From positions 180,001 through 212,000 of the forward strand of contig NZ_CP042905.2 of the NCBI RefSeq assembly GCF_008000775.2: 32,000 bases of DNA. The letters run 5' to 3'. Every line of letters starts with the position of its first letter. The first letter of the stretch is position 1. The position numbers and the translations under genes are program-made. Positions 23,947 to 32,000 of this stretch are shown piece by piece. This DNA is from Promethearchaeum syntrophicum (lineage in GTDB: Archaea; Asgardarchaeota; Lokiarchaeia; Sigyniarchaeales; Promethearchaeaceae). The notes beneath the pieces are model-generated. The model did no database searches. It saw nothing but the letters and a program-made list of their open reading frames with translations, and was not told the DNA's origin.

Positions 23947-25412
23947 TTACTATACGATTTAGTATTATCAACTTGAAATTTTTTAAATACCTTCAAAGAT
24001 ACAGTAGTTTCTTTTGTTATAGGCATTTTTTCTTTAAAATTTTCTCTAATAAGAACCTCTACATTACCTTTTTTACCGAAAGTAGACTTTATCTTTCCGA
24101 ATGGCTTTTCTGCTATTAAATTTATGATAGAATGAGCACCTTCAATAGATGAGGCTAAATTTTCAACAATTACACTGGATACTCGATATTGTGCATCTTT
24201 TACTTTTCCTTTTTTTATTTTTTCTTTAAACATATATATTGGATCTTTCAAAATTCGGACAATTATACTGGATCCCATTATTCTTAGTGATTTAGGTGAA
24301 AGATCTAATCTACTTAATAACAGAAATTCACCCTTTTTGACATATTCTACTTTATCGTTGTATAATATTGCATTAAATACTTTTAAATTAGAATTCGGTG
24401 ATAAAGGAACATAAATTTCATTATTTTTCCACAATTCTTTTCTATAAGGATAAATTCGTCCATTTAATGCCATCATTCCATGATTTATATTTATATGTTG
24501 CCCAAATTTAATTGAATGATTGTATAATGGAAGTATTTTTACTGCTATATCATAAATTTGGCTTTGAGTAAATTCAGATTCATTATCTGTTGCAAAAGAT
24601 CCTCGTGAAATCTGTTCTGGGCTAATATTTGATAAAGAAATTCCACAACGATCACCCGCTTCTATAAAATCATGTTCTTTTTTCCATTTTTGGATTGAAC
24701 GTATCTTTCCAGTCAATTTCTCTGGAAGTATAGAGAGATTTTCTCCGATTTTTGCTTTCCCACTAACCACAGTACCAGTTAAAATAGTTCCCTGACCTTT
24801 CTTTTTAAAGTGATGATCTATTAAAAATTTAAAGGTTCCATGATTCTGGCGCTGAATTTTTAAAGTTTTTATTGTTTCTAATAATTTTTCTTTTAATTTC
24901 GAAAATCCGATATTTTTAATAGCAGATACTTCGAAAATTTGGCAGCTCTTTTCAAATCGCGTTCCTAAAATAATTTTACCAATATCTCTCCGGACTTCTA
25001 GAATTCGCTTTTTATCAACTAAATCTGTTTTATTTATTAGAATAAATAATTGAGATAGATTTAGCAGATCCAATATAAGAAAATGTTCCCCCGTCTGTAC
25101 TTGAAACCCTTGAAGTGCATCAATAACTAAAAATCCAATATCGATTATATTTGCACAGCTTACCACACTCCGAATCAAATCCGCATGCCCTGGAGCATCT
25201 ACTAAAGTAATCATATAATTTTCTAAAGAAAAAAAAGTAAATCCCATATCAATGGTGATTCCTCTTTTTTGTGCTTGAGAATGTTTATCTAATCCTGCAG
25301 TTGATGCAATCTCTGTTAAGCATTTGGCAATGGCAGTCTTTCCAGCATCAATATGACCTAAAAGCCCTACATGAATAGGTATTAGATTTTTATTATTACT
25401 CATTCTATTCAT
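23943..25412 (-). CDS. SelB-like translational GTPase (selenocysteine-specific elongation factor or non-Sec aSelB-like paralog)
   Basis: G1 is GLLGHIDAGKT, followed by QAQKRGITIDMGF (SelB-typical). G3 is DAPGH and G4 is NKTD. Domain II reads GTILTGTVVSGKAKIGENLSILP, and there are extra C-terminal domains. The length is 489 aa. Confidence 0.8.
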   Translation of the reverse strand: MNRMSNNKNLIPIHVGLLGHIDAGKTAIAKCLTEIASTAGLDKHSQAQKRGITIDMGFTFFSLENYMITLVDAPGHADLIRSVVSCANIIDIGFLVIDALQGFQVQTGEHFLILDLLNLSQLFILINKTDLVDKKRILEVRRDIGKIILGTRFEKSCQIFEVSAIKNIGFSKLKEKLLETIKTLKIQRQNHGTFKFLIDHHFKKKGQGTILTGTVVSGKAKIGENLSILPEKLTGKIRSIQKWKKEHDFIEAGDRCGISLSNISPEQISRGSFATDNESEFTQSQIYDIAVKILPLYNHSIKFGQHININHGMMALNGRIYPYRKELWKNNEIYVPLSPNSNLKVFNAILYNDKVEYVKKGEFLLLSRLDLSPKSLRIMGSSIIVRILKDPIYMFKEKIKKGKVKDAQYRVSSVIVENLASSIEGAHSIINLIAEKPFGKIKSTFGKKGNVEVLIRENFKEKMPITKETTVSLKVFKKFQVDNTKSYSN

Positions 25413-25493
25413 TTATGAAAATTCTGGCTCCCTTAAATTATTTTAAATAATAAAACTATATCAACTTAAGAAAAAAATTTATGTTGATAAAAA

Positions 25494-26462
25494 ATGGTAC
25501 CAACTTACAAAGAAATTTCTTGCCCGTTCTGTGGGAGAGTTGTTAGGGATTCGGATAAATATTGCATTTTCTGTGGATCTAAAATTCAAAAAGCTAAAAA
25601 GAAAAAAGAAAAAACGAAAGAACAAGAAATAATAGAACAAGAAGTGGATAAAGATTTAGGATTTTTAAAAGGTGTTTCAAAGAATAAAGATGATAAAGAA
25701 AAAACAGATACTCCCTTTATGATAGAAGAAGATTCTCAGGAAGATTTGGAAGATACTGTCTTATCTCTGGAAGAAATTAAGAAAGAAAAGAAAAGCAAAA
25801 AAGATTCCAAGAAGAAAAAAAATATAAAAATTGAATTACCTCAAGAAATTAAAGATCAGCTCGAATGTAAAATGAAACTTGCAATAATTGAAGATAAAAA
25901 GAAAAAATTGAAGGAAAAACTTAAAGCTTTAAAAGAAGATCTAAATGAAGAAAAATATGAATATGATATGGATTATGCTAAACAAATAAACGTAAAATTA
26001 AATGCATTTAAAGTAATTAAAGAAGAATTTAATGAAAAAGAAGAAAATTTGAGAACCGAACTTGGACCTAAAGGTATGTTTAGGGTAGATGAATTGGAAG
26101 ATGAACTAGAAGTCCAACGTGAGCAATTAATTGAATTGAAAAGAGCCTTTAAGTTACATAAGGTAAAAAAAGATATCTATGAGCAATTAAGATTAGAATA
26201 TTCGACTGGGTTTAGAGAGGCAGAAAAAGAACTCCATGATTTACGCTCCAATATTATTCGGTGGTTATCTTCAGAAAAAGCAGATAAAAATAGATTAGAA
26301 AATCGCATCCGACTTTTACAAGGACGATATAAAACTAAAGAAGTTGATGAAGAAGAGTTCAAAAGACAAAAAAAGGAAATTTCGCTTGAGCTTGAACGAG
26401 TTGCTCAACGAGTTAAAATTTTAGAAATATATTCAAGAGCAAAGAAAAAAAAATTTTTTTAA
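25494..26462 (+). CDS. Zinc-ribbon protein with a long K/E-rich coiled-coil region
   Basis: N-terminal CPFCGRVVRDSDKYCIFCGSKI (CxxC...CxxC), followed by about 290 aa of Lys/Glu-rich heptad-like sequence. Confidence 0.65.
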   Translation: MVPTYKEISCPFCGRVVRDSDKYCIFCGSKIQKAKKKKEKTKEQEIIEQEVDKDLGFLKGVSKNKDDKEKTDTPFMIEEDSQEDLEDTVLSLEEIKKEKKSKKDSKKKKNIKIELPQEIKDQLECKMKLAIIEDKKKKLKEKLKALKEDLNEEKYEYDMDYAKQINVKLNAFKVIKEEFNEKEENLRTELGPKGMFRVDELEDELEVQREQLIELKRAFKLHKVKKDIYEQLRLEYSTGFREAEKELHDLRSNIIRWLSSEKADKNRLENRIRLLQGRYKTKEVDEEEFKRQKKEISLELERVAQRVKILEIYSRAKKKKFF

Positions 26463-26657
26463 TTGAAAAGAATTGACCAAAATAATTTTAATTATTTAAA
26501 TTATTAATAAGGATGATAAAAACATGCGAAAAATTATGATTAGTATTATATATTTACTAGGATCCTTAGCTTTTCTCGCATTAGGCTTAAATTTTGGTCA
26601 AAATCAATTGATACAAAATTTCTTCCTTGAAATGGCTGGATCCTAAATAAAAAAAAA

Positions 26658-26984
26658 TTATTCCATATAATTATGGCTTTTTTCCCGTTTTGGAGGTCTT
26701 TTTGGATTAAATTCCTTAAATCTTGAATATTTTTCATCCTTATCTTTCAATTTTTTATATTCTTTATTATGTTTTTTACATAATCCCACTTTTCTTGTCT
26801 TTTTTTTAGTTTGATCTAATTTCCAAGTCAATTTGGGAAGATATCCTTCTAAATTCGATTGAGCAATGTGATGTGTCGCTTGGAGAGTACATCCACTCAC
26901 ATAACATGTTTCTTTTGAGCTTTTTAGTCCCATTGGTTTAGTTTGAGTAATTTTTTTCTTATGTTTCGGATTTTTCGATGGCAT
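26658..26984 (-). CDS. Small, very basic Cys/His-containing protein (possible zinc-binding nucleic-acid-binding protein)
   Basis: 108 aa, including CYVSGCTLQATHH...GLCKKHNKEYKK with Lys-rich termini. No family firmly recognised. Confidence 0.5.
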   Translation of the reverse strand: MPSKNPKHKKKITQTKPMGLKSSKETCYVSGCTLQATHHIAQSNLEGYLPKLTWKLDQTKKKTRKVGLCKKHNKEYKKLKDKDEKYSRFKEFNPKRPPKREKSHNYME

Positions 26985-27035
26985 ATTAGTTCATACTCCA
27001 ATCATTATAATTTAATCAATAACTATTTCAAATTA

Positions 27036-27707
27036 ATGGAATCTATTAATTTTGACCATCGTTTAATATTCGAAAAATTAAACAAATTTCAACCGAAAGA
27101 ATTAAACATCCCAGAACTTAAAAAATCCGCAATTTTAATCCCAATTTATCCAAAAGTTAAAAGTTTTCACATACTAATGACAGCGCGTTCAAGAAAATTA
27201 AACCATCATAGAGGTGAAATGAGTTTTCCAGGAGGAAAATTTGATTCTTCATCAGATATTACTTTAAAAGATACTGCATTGCGAGAAACTTATGAAGAAA
27301 TTGGAATCCATAAAAACAACATAGATGTGTTGGGGAGTTTGGATGATTTTCCGACTTTTACAGGGTATACTATTAGACCTTATATTGGTGTAATAAAAAA
27401 TCTTGATAAGATCAATATAAAAATTAATCAAAACGAAGTTTCTGATTTGGTTAAAATACCAATAGAATTTCTTGTGCGAGAGAACTTGTTTACAGAAATT
27501 CCTTTTTCTAACAAATCGGGGAAAATACTATATGTTTTAAGCTTTAATTTTATTGACCCAATAACAAAGAAAAAATTTACAATTTGGGGTGCATCAGCTC
27601 ACATTTTAACACGATTTTTAAAAAGAGCTTATAATCTTAAAGTAACAAGCGATAAATATCATCGTCCATCATTAAATATAATTAAAGAATTCCAAAATCA
27701 GATGTAA
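27036..27707 (+). CDS. Nudix hydrolase, CoA pyrophosphatase type (NUDT7/NudL-like)
   Basis: ILMTARSRKLNHHRGEMSFPGGKFD (CoAse motif LLTxRxxxLxxHxGxxxFPGG) precedes the Nudix box GGKFDSSSDITLKDTALRETYEEIGI. The ATG at 27036 is preferred to the track's TTG at 26943. Confidence 0.8.
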   Translation: MESINFDHRLIFEKLNKFQPKELNIPELKKSAILIPIYPKVKSFHILMTARSRKLNHHRGEMSFPGGKFDSSSDITLKDTALRETYEEIGIHKNNIDVLGSLDDFPTFTGYTIRPYIGVIKNLDKINIKINQNEVSDLVKIPIEFLVRENLFTEIPFSNKSGKILYVLSFNFIDPITKKKFTIWGASAHILTRFLKRAYNLKVTSDKYHRPSLNIIKEFQNQM

Positions 27708-27719
27708 TTTAAAAAAATT

Positions 27720-29009
27720 CTATATTTTAAAAATTTGTCCATTTTCAGGTATTTCTGCTAAATATCCTAATTTAGATATGTTTGAGGCAAACTCTTTCAT
27801 AACTTCTGCATCGCCATGAACACAAAAGACTTTTTTATCAGATTTGAATTTTATTTTGTTTAAAAATTCTATTAAATCTGATTTTCCTGCATGTGAACTA
27901 AAATCAAAATGATTTATTTGAGCTTTTACTTTAATTTCCTCTTTCGTATTTTTATCGATATATACTCCTTTTTCAAGTAGTATTTTTCCAGGTGTTCCAT
28001 CAATCTGATATGAAACTAAATTAATTGCATTATTTTCGCCATTAATAATGTTTTCTGCATAATAACGCGCAGTTCCACCTTTTAACATTCCAGATGGTGC
28101 AATAACTATACCAGATTCTGATGAAGCTTTTCTTCTTTCATAATCGCGTTTTTGTTGATCAATAAAATGGATTTTTTTCATAGAATTTACATATTTTTTT
28201 GGATTTTTCAACATATCTGAAAAGGAAATATATATTTTGGAAATTCTCCGTGCCATTCCGTCTAAAGTAATGCGAGGAATATCTTTATTTTTTGTTAACA
28301 CTAAAGCGATTTCTTGACTTCTAGAAACACCAAATGCAGCATTTAATACAATTCCCTCATTATCTAAAACATTATTAACACTGTTAATAAAAGACTCTTC
28401 AGTTTCATTTCTTGAATTGTGATCAGTAGTCCCGTATGTTGTTTCAGTAATTATAGCATCAATTTGAGGAATTTCTAAAGGATTTACCCCTTTTAATAAT
28501 TGAGTTTCTGTTGTATTAATATCCCCAGTGTACAAAATTTTCTTTCCATCCATCTCTATTAAAATCATTGCACTTCCAGGGATGTGTCCCGCATCATATA
28601 GAGTTACCCAAGTATTACTTCCGATTTTCTTTTTCTGACCATATTTTAAAAATCGCGTGTATTTTCTCATCTTGAATAATTCCGATTTGTCAAAAGGTAG
28701 ATATTGCGAAGTGATTTTGAGCATATCGTGTAGTAAAATTTCGGATACTCGATAAGTTAATTCAGTGCAGTATAATGGAACCGATCCAGAAATATAAAAA
28801 AGTGGGATACCGCCACAATGATCTACATGAGAATGAGACAAAACTATACCAGATAGGTTTTTTCCACTAACATGTTCTGGAAAAACTTCTTCTCCACTCA
28901 TTTTTTTCCCGTAATCACATAAAACTGCATCTTCTGTATCTTCTGACTCTATTAAAACTCCACTTCTTCCTACTTCTCCACAAGCCCCTAAAAAACGAAT
29001 TTTTACCAT
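27720..29009 (-). CDS. Metallo-beta-lactamase/beta-CASP RNA-processing nuclease (aCPSF2-like)
   Basis: MVKIRFLGACGEVGRSGVLIE, the HxHxDH motif LSHSHVDHCGG, DAGHIPGSA, beta-CASP region motifs (ITETTYG, FSSHAG) and the terminal VHGD. The length is 429 aa. Confidence 0.85.
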   Translation of the reverse strand: MVKIRFLGACGEVGRSGVLIESEDTEDAVLCDYGKKMSGEEVFPEHVSGKNLSGIVLSHSHVDHCGGIPLFYISGSVPLYCTELTYRVSEILLHDMLKITSQYLPFDKSELFKMRKYTRFLKYGQKKKIGSNTWVTLYDAGHIPGSAMILIEMDGKKILYTGDINTTETQLLKGVNPLEIPQIDAIITETTYGTTDHNSRNETEESFINSVNNVLDNEGIVLNAAFGVSRSQEIALVLTKNKDIPRITLDGMARRISKIYISFSDMLKNPKKYVNSMKKIHFIDQQKRDYERRKASSESGIVIAPSGMLKGGTARYYAENIINGENNAINLVSYQIDGTPGKILLEKGVYIDKNTKEEIKVKAQINHFDFSSHAGKSDLIEFLNKIKFKSDKKVFCVHGDAEVMKEFASNISKLGYLAEIPENGQIFKI

Positions 29010-29090
29010 TTTTATATTTCTCTTATAGATTTTATAACTGAGTTTTTAAATACACTAAAATTTAAGATGTTTTGGAATTAAATATCAATT

Positions 29091-29954
29091 ATGAATTTTA
29101 ATAATAAAGATATTGAAATTGGAATAATTGGAGGATCAGGTGCTGATATTGATCTTCAAGATGTTAAAGATGTTAAAATCTATACTCCTTATGGTGCACC
29201 CTCAGATCTAATTAAAATTGGAAAGTTCGGAAATAAAAAAGTCGCTTTTTTAGAACGTCACGGTCCTAAACATATTCTACCACCACATTCAATTAATTAT
29301 AGGGCGAATATATGGGCTATGAAAGAACTTGGCGTAAAAAGGATTTTCTCACCATGTGCTGTTGGTGGATTAACCCCAAAGACTGATAAAGGTGTTTTTG
29401 TTGTCGTAGATCAATATATTGATAGAACATATGGAAGAAAACAAACTTTTTATGATGGCGGAGAAGTGTGCCATATCAGTCAAGCAGATCCATTCTGCCC
29501 TGAAATTAATGATTTATTCTATAAAACAGGAGTTGATATTGGGCTAAATATTATCAAAGGAGGTACATATATCTGTGTTAATGGTCCTCGTTTTTCAACT
29601 CGAGCGGAATCGCGCATGTTTGCCCAGTGGGGAGGAGATATTATTGGGATGACAGTATTCCCAGAGGTTGTATTAGCGGCTGAAATGAATATGTGTTATT
29701 CATCGATTGCTACTGTAACAGATCTTGATTGCTGGGCGAGTGAATGTCCAAATTGTGGAATTGTTATGTACGGAGATAAATGTTCAAAATGTGAAGGTCC
29801 AATTAAACCAATGGTAGTTTCTATTGAAGAAGTAATTGAAACAATGAATCAAAATACTGACAACCTACGGAAATTAATCGAAAATGTTATTCCCAAAATA
29901 CCCTCAGAATTAGGGTGTCAATGTTCTCATAGAAAAGATGGAGCGATTTTTTAG
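29091..29954 (+). CDS. mtnP: S-methyl-5'-thioadenosine phosphorylase (MTAP, PNP family 2) with an internal zinc-ribbon insertion
   Basis: IGIIGGSG, YGAPSD, FLERHGPKHILPPHSINYRANIWAMKELGV, CVNGPRFSTRAESRMF and GMTVFPEVVLAAEMNMCY. The DCW...VSIEEV segment is interrupted by CPNCGIVMYGDKCSKC. There is also a C-terminal CQC. Confidence 0.9.
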   Translation: MNFNNKDIEIGIIGGSGADIDLQDVKDVKIYTPYGAPSDLIKIGKFGNKKVAFLERHGPKHILPPHSINYRANIWAMKELGVKRIFSPCAVGGLTPKTDKGVFVVVDQYIDRTYGRKQTFYDGGEVCHISQADPFCPEINDLFYKTGVDIGLNIIKGGTYICVNGPRFSTRAESRMFAQWGGDIIGMTVFPEVVLAAEMNMCYSSIATVTDLDCWASECPNCGIVMYGDKCSKCEGPIKPMVVSIEEVIETMNQNTDNLRKLIENVIPKIPSELGCQCSHRKDGAIF

Positions 29955-30674
29955 ATGGTCCCAAAAATTATTGATTCTGACGAATATAGAAATATAATTA
30001 GTGTACCAATTGAAGGAATCCAGGATTTTGAAGAAAAAGAAGGCAACAATGGAAAAAAATATCACAATTTATTTTCTGATAATCGATTTAAGACGCTTCT
30101 AATTCCCGAAAAATCATTGCAAAGAAGAATTCATAATTTAGCTCAATCCATAGTCAAAAAAGGTGAAAAAGTTGATAAATATGAATTTTTAATAGTTTTA
30201 ACTGGGGCTTTTATCTTCGGAGCAGATTTAGGCCGTGAAATTTATAAAATTTGTGGGATTGATGTAATCTTTCATACAGTTAAACTCTCTACATACCAAG
30301 GTGAGATTAAAGGAAAAGGAGAACTCAGTCGCCAAGTGAAGTTTGAATTAGAACCTTTGGATATAGAAAATCGTGATATTATAATTGTTGAAGATATAAT
30401 TGATCAAGGTTTCACACTAAACGCACTTAGAGAATATTTAATTAACAATAAGAAAGTTAAATCAGTGAAAATTTGCACTCTTCTATTAAAAAATTTGGAT
30501 AATCCATCACAAGAGGTCATTCAATCAAGGAAAAATATTGAAAGTTATCTTGATTTTGTTGGATTTACCGTTCCAGATATTTGGGTAGCTGGATATGGCA
30601 TTGATGCATCAAATGATTTCAGATCTCTTCCCTTTATAATTGGTGTAGATGAAAAATTCTATCTTTCAAATTGA
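29955..30674 (+). CDS. hpt: Hypoxanthine(-guanine) phosphoribosyltransferase
   Basis: PRPP-binding motif DIIIVEDIIDQGFTL, plus LTGAFIFGADL and VAGYGIDASNDFRSLPFI. The ATG directly follows the mtnP TAG stop. The N-terminal region is longer than in bacterial Hpt. Confidence 0.85.
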   Translation: MVPKIIDSDEYRNIISVPIEGIQDFEEKEGNNGKKYHNLFSDNRFKTLLIPEKSLQRRIHNLAQSIVKKGEKVDKYEFLIVLTGAFIFGADLGREIYKICGIDVIFHTVKLSTYQGEIKGKGELSRQVKFELEPLDIENRDIIIVEDIIDQGFTLNALREYLINNKKVKSVKICTLLLKNLDNPSQEVIQSRKNIESYLDFVGFTVPDIWVAGYGIDASNDFRSLPFIIGVDEKFYLSN

Positions 30675-30708
30675 AAGTTTTTTTAATTTATTTTAAACTG
30701 TTCATATT

Positions 30709-31290
30709 ATGGATAATTCAATTGATATTCTTGACAAACAAATATCAAAAAGCCAATTTAAAGAGTTCTTATTAAAAAGAAATAAAGAATGGATTAAAAA
30801 GAAAGATGGTTCATCAATAATTAATGGTTCTTTACGTGCTGTTGTATTGGGTTGCATTGATTCTCGAGTCCCTATTGAGAAAATTTTCCAAGCAAAACCA
30901 GGAGAATTACTTGTTCTTAAAAATGCAGGTAATATAATAACATTGGATGTCTTAAGATCAATTTTAGTTGCAATCTATGAACTTGATGCAAAGTTTATAG
31001 TCATAATGGGCCATACAGAATGTGGTATGGCAATTCTTGATAATGAAAATAAGATTGATCATTTAAAAGAAAAATTGGGAGACAAATTGTTAGAAACTTT
31101 AGAAAAAATTGGAAACAAGGATCCTTTAGACTGGTTTGGATTCTTTAATCAAGGAAAATGGAATGAAAATGCTAAAGAACAAGCAAAATCTATTCAAAAA
31201 TTTTTAGATGAAAACATTCCTAAAGAGAATCAACCAGAAATTATTACTATGTTGTATAACCTTGAATCAGGGGAAGTGGAATTTATTTAG
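30709..31290 (+). CDS. Beta-class carbonic anhydrase-like protein
   Basis: Zinc ligand motifs LGCIDSRVP (CxDxR) and MGHTECGM (HxxC). The length is 193 aa. Confidence 0.75.
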   Translation: MDNSIDILDKQISKSQFKEFLLKRNKEWIKKKDGSSIINGSLRAVVLGCIDSRVPIEKIFQAKPGELLVLKNAGNIITLDVLRSILVAIYELDAKFIVIMGHTECGMAILDNENKIDHLKEKLGDKLLETLEKIGNKDPLDWFGFFNQGKWNENAKEQAKSIQKFLDENIPKENQPEIITMLYNLESGEVEFI

Positions 31291-31337
31291 ATTAAATTTT
31301 TTTTTAATATTAGAGATTGAAAAAAAAAGGGACCAAA

Positions 31338-32000
31338 ATGAAAAAAATTCTTAAAAATGCGAATATAATTGATGTTGAAGATTTATCTATTAAATTAAGA
31401 AATATTATTATCGATAATGGAGAAATAGTAAACATTTTACAAGTAACTGAACAACTTCCAGAAAGTGAAAATATAATTGATTTAAAAGAACAGTATGTTT
31501 CTCCAGGTTTTATCGATTCTCATCTTCATATAGAATCAAGTATGATGCCTCCCTTAGAATTCGCAAAATATTCAGTAAAACATGGAACTACTTGCGCATT
31601 AGTTGATCCTCATGAAATTGCGAATGTTTTTGGGAAGGAAGGAATTAGATCTTGGATCGATCAAGCAAAATTAACTCCAATGGATATTTTTATTGGTATT
31701 CCTTCATGCGTCCCTGCAACTCACTTAGAAAATTCGGGTGCAGAGATAAATGTTAATGATATTAAAGAGTTTTTAAACCAACCCAATAATAAAAACAATC
31801 TAGTTTATGGTCTTGGAGAAATGATGAATTTTCCAGGTATTATACATGGATTTGGAGACGCTCGAGAGAAAGTTGATGCTGCAATTACTGCGGGTAAAAT
31901 CGTCGATGGACATTGCCCAGGTGTTACTGGCTCAGATCTAATTTCCTATATTTCAAATGGAAAAAATGATAATATTGTGCGAATAAGAAGTGATCATGAA
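31338..32000 (+). CDS. ade: Adenine deaminase, N-terminal part (continues beyond the window)
   Basis: Not in the ORF track because it is truncated. My translation from the ATG at 31338 gives MKKILKNANIIDVE...YVSPGFIDSHLHIESSMMPPLEFAKYSVKHGTTCALVDPHEIANVFG, the adenine deaminase/amidohydrolase signature. The frame is open to position 32000. Confidence 0.85.
   Translation, partial: MKKILKNANIIDVEDLSIKLRNIIIDNGEIVNILQVTEQLPESENIIDLKEQYVSPGFIDSHLHIESSMMPPLEFAKYSVKHGTTCALVDPHEIANVFGKEGIRSWIDQAKLTPMDIFIGIPSCVPATHLENSGAEINVNDIKEFLNQPNNKNNLVYGLGEMMNFPGIIHGFGDAREKVDAAITAGKIVDGHCPGVTGSDLISYISNGKNDNIVRIRSDHE

Noticed and set aside
23530-25412. Roadblock/LC7 protein and the GTPase as a functional MglB/MglA-like GAP-GTPase pair
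   Set aside because: The genes are convergent (their 3' ends overlap by 4 nt), so they are not co-transcribed. The GTPase is a translation-factor type rather than a small Ras/MglA-like GTPase. The adjacency is probably incidental, though neighbourhood conservation could still be checked.
26177-26737. Minus-strand ORFs 26177..26362 (61 aa) and 26546..26737 (63 aa)
   Set aside because: The first is antisense within the coiled-coil gene. The second overlaps the 3' end of the 108-aa basic protein gene in another frame and lacks features.
3082-27035. Longer N-terminal extensions in the ORF track using TTG starts (3082, 6648, 8326, 16099, 26943)
   Set aside because: In each case an in-frame ATG further in (3100, 6759, 8293, 16156, 27036) gives a protein that begins at the conserved domain or signal peptide. 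Choosing it also removes overlaps with neighbouring genes.

Overview
This is a visibly very AT-rich (not computed), gene-dense chromosomal segment. It carries about 37 protein-coding genes on both strands with short intergenic gaps, and all three stop codons are used. I see no rRNA, tRNA or CRISPR array. The gene content reads as archaeal: a family-B DNA polymerase with the Cys-rich insert after motif A, a RadB/Rad51-fold paralog, an NFACT/Rqc2-type protein, an aCPSF2-like beta-CASP nuclease, PyrI, ThyX, ThiC, a Roadblock/LC7 protein, a SelB-like GTPase, and several surface proteins rich in N-glycosylation sequons. The lineage cannot be assigned without database searches. The right end is an MTA/purine salvage cluster (mtnP-hpt-beta-CA-ade). 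One apparently intact IS4/ISH-like insertion sequence (11648..13124; 19-bp terminal inverted repeats, possible 6-bp target duplication) sits in the oligo-T terminator of a neighbouring gene. The best candidate for something undescribed is a translationally coupled minus-strand pair (20364..17052). It combines a RadB-like protein with a destroyed P-loop and a family-B polymerase that has degenerate exonuclease motifs and non-canonical motifs B and C but a textbook C-terminal PIP box. This could be a clamp-tethered damage-tolerance or recombination-associated module. Secondary leads are: two paralogous NikR-N/CopG-type RHH genes bracketing a membrane/extracellular two-gene cassette; an unknown 451-aa membrane protein coupled to thiC; a structured intergenic element downstream of polB; a zinc-ribbon insertion inside MTA phosphorylase; and a bacterial-type AroK. 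All functional calls come from motif recognition by eye, since no database search or computation was possible.
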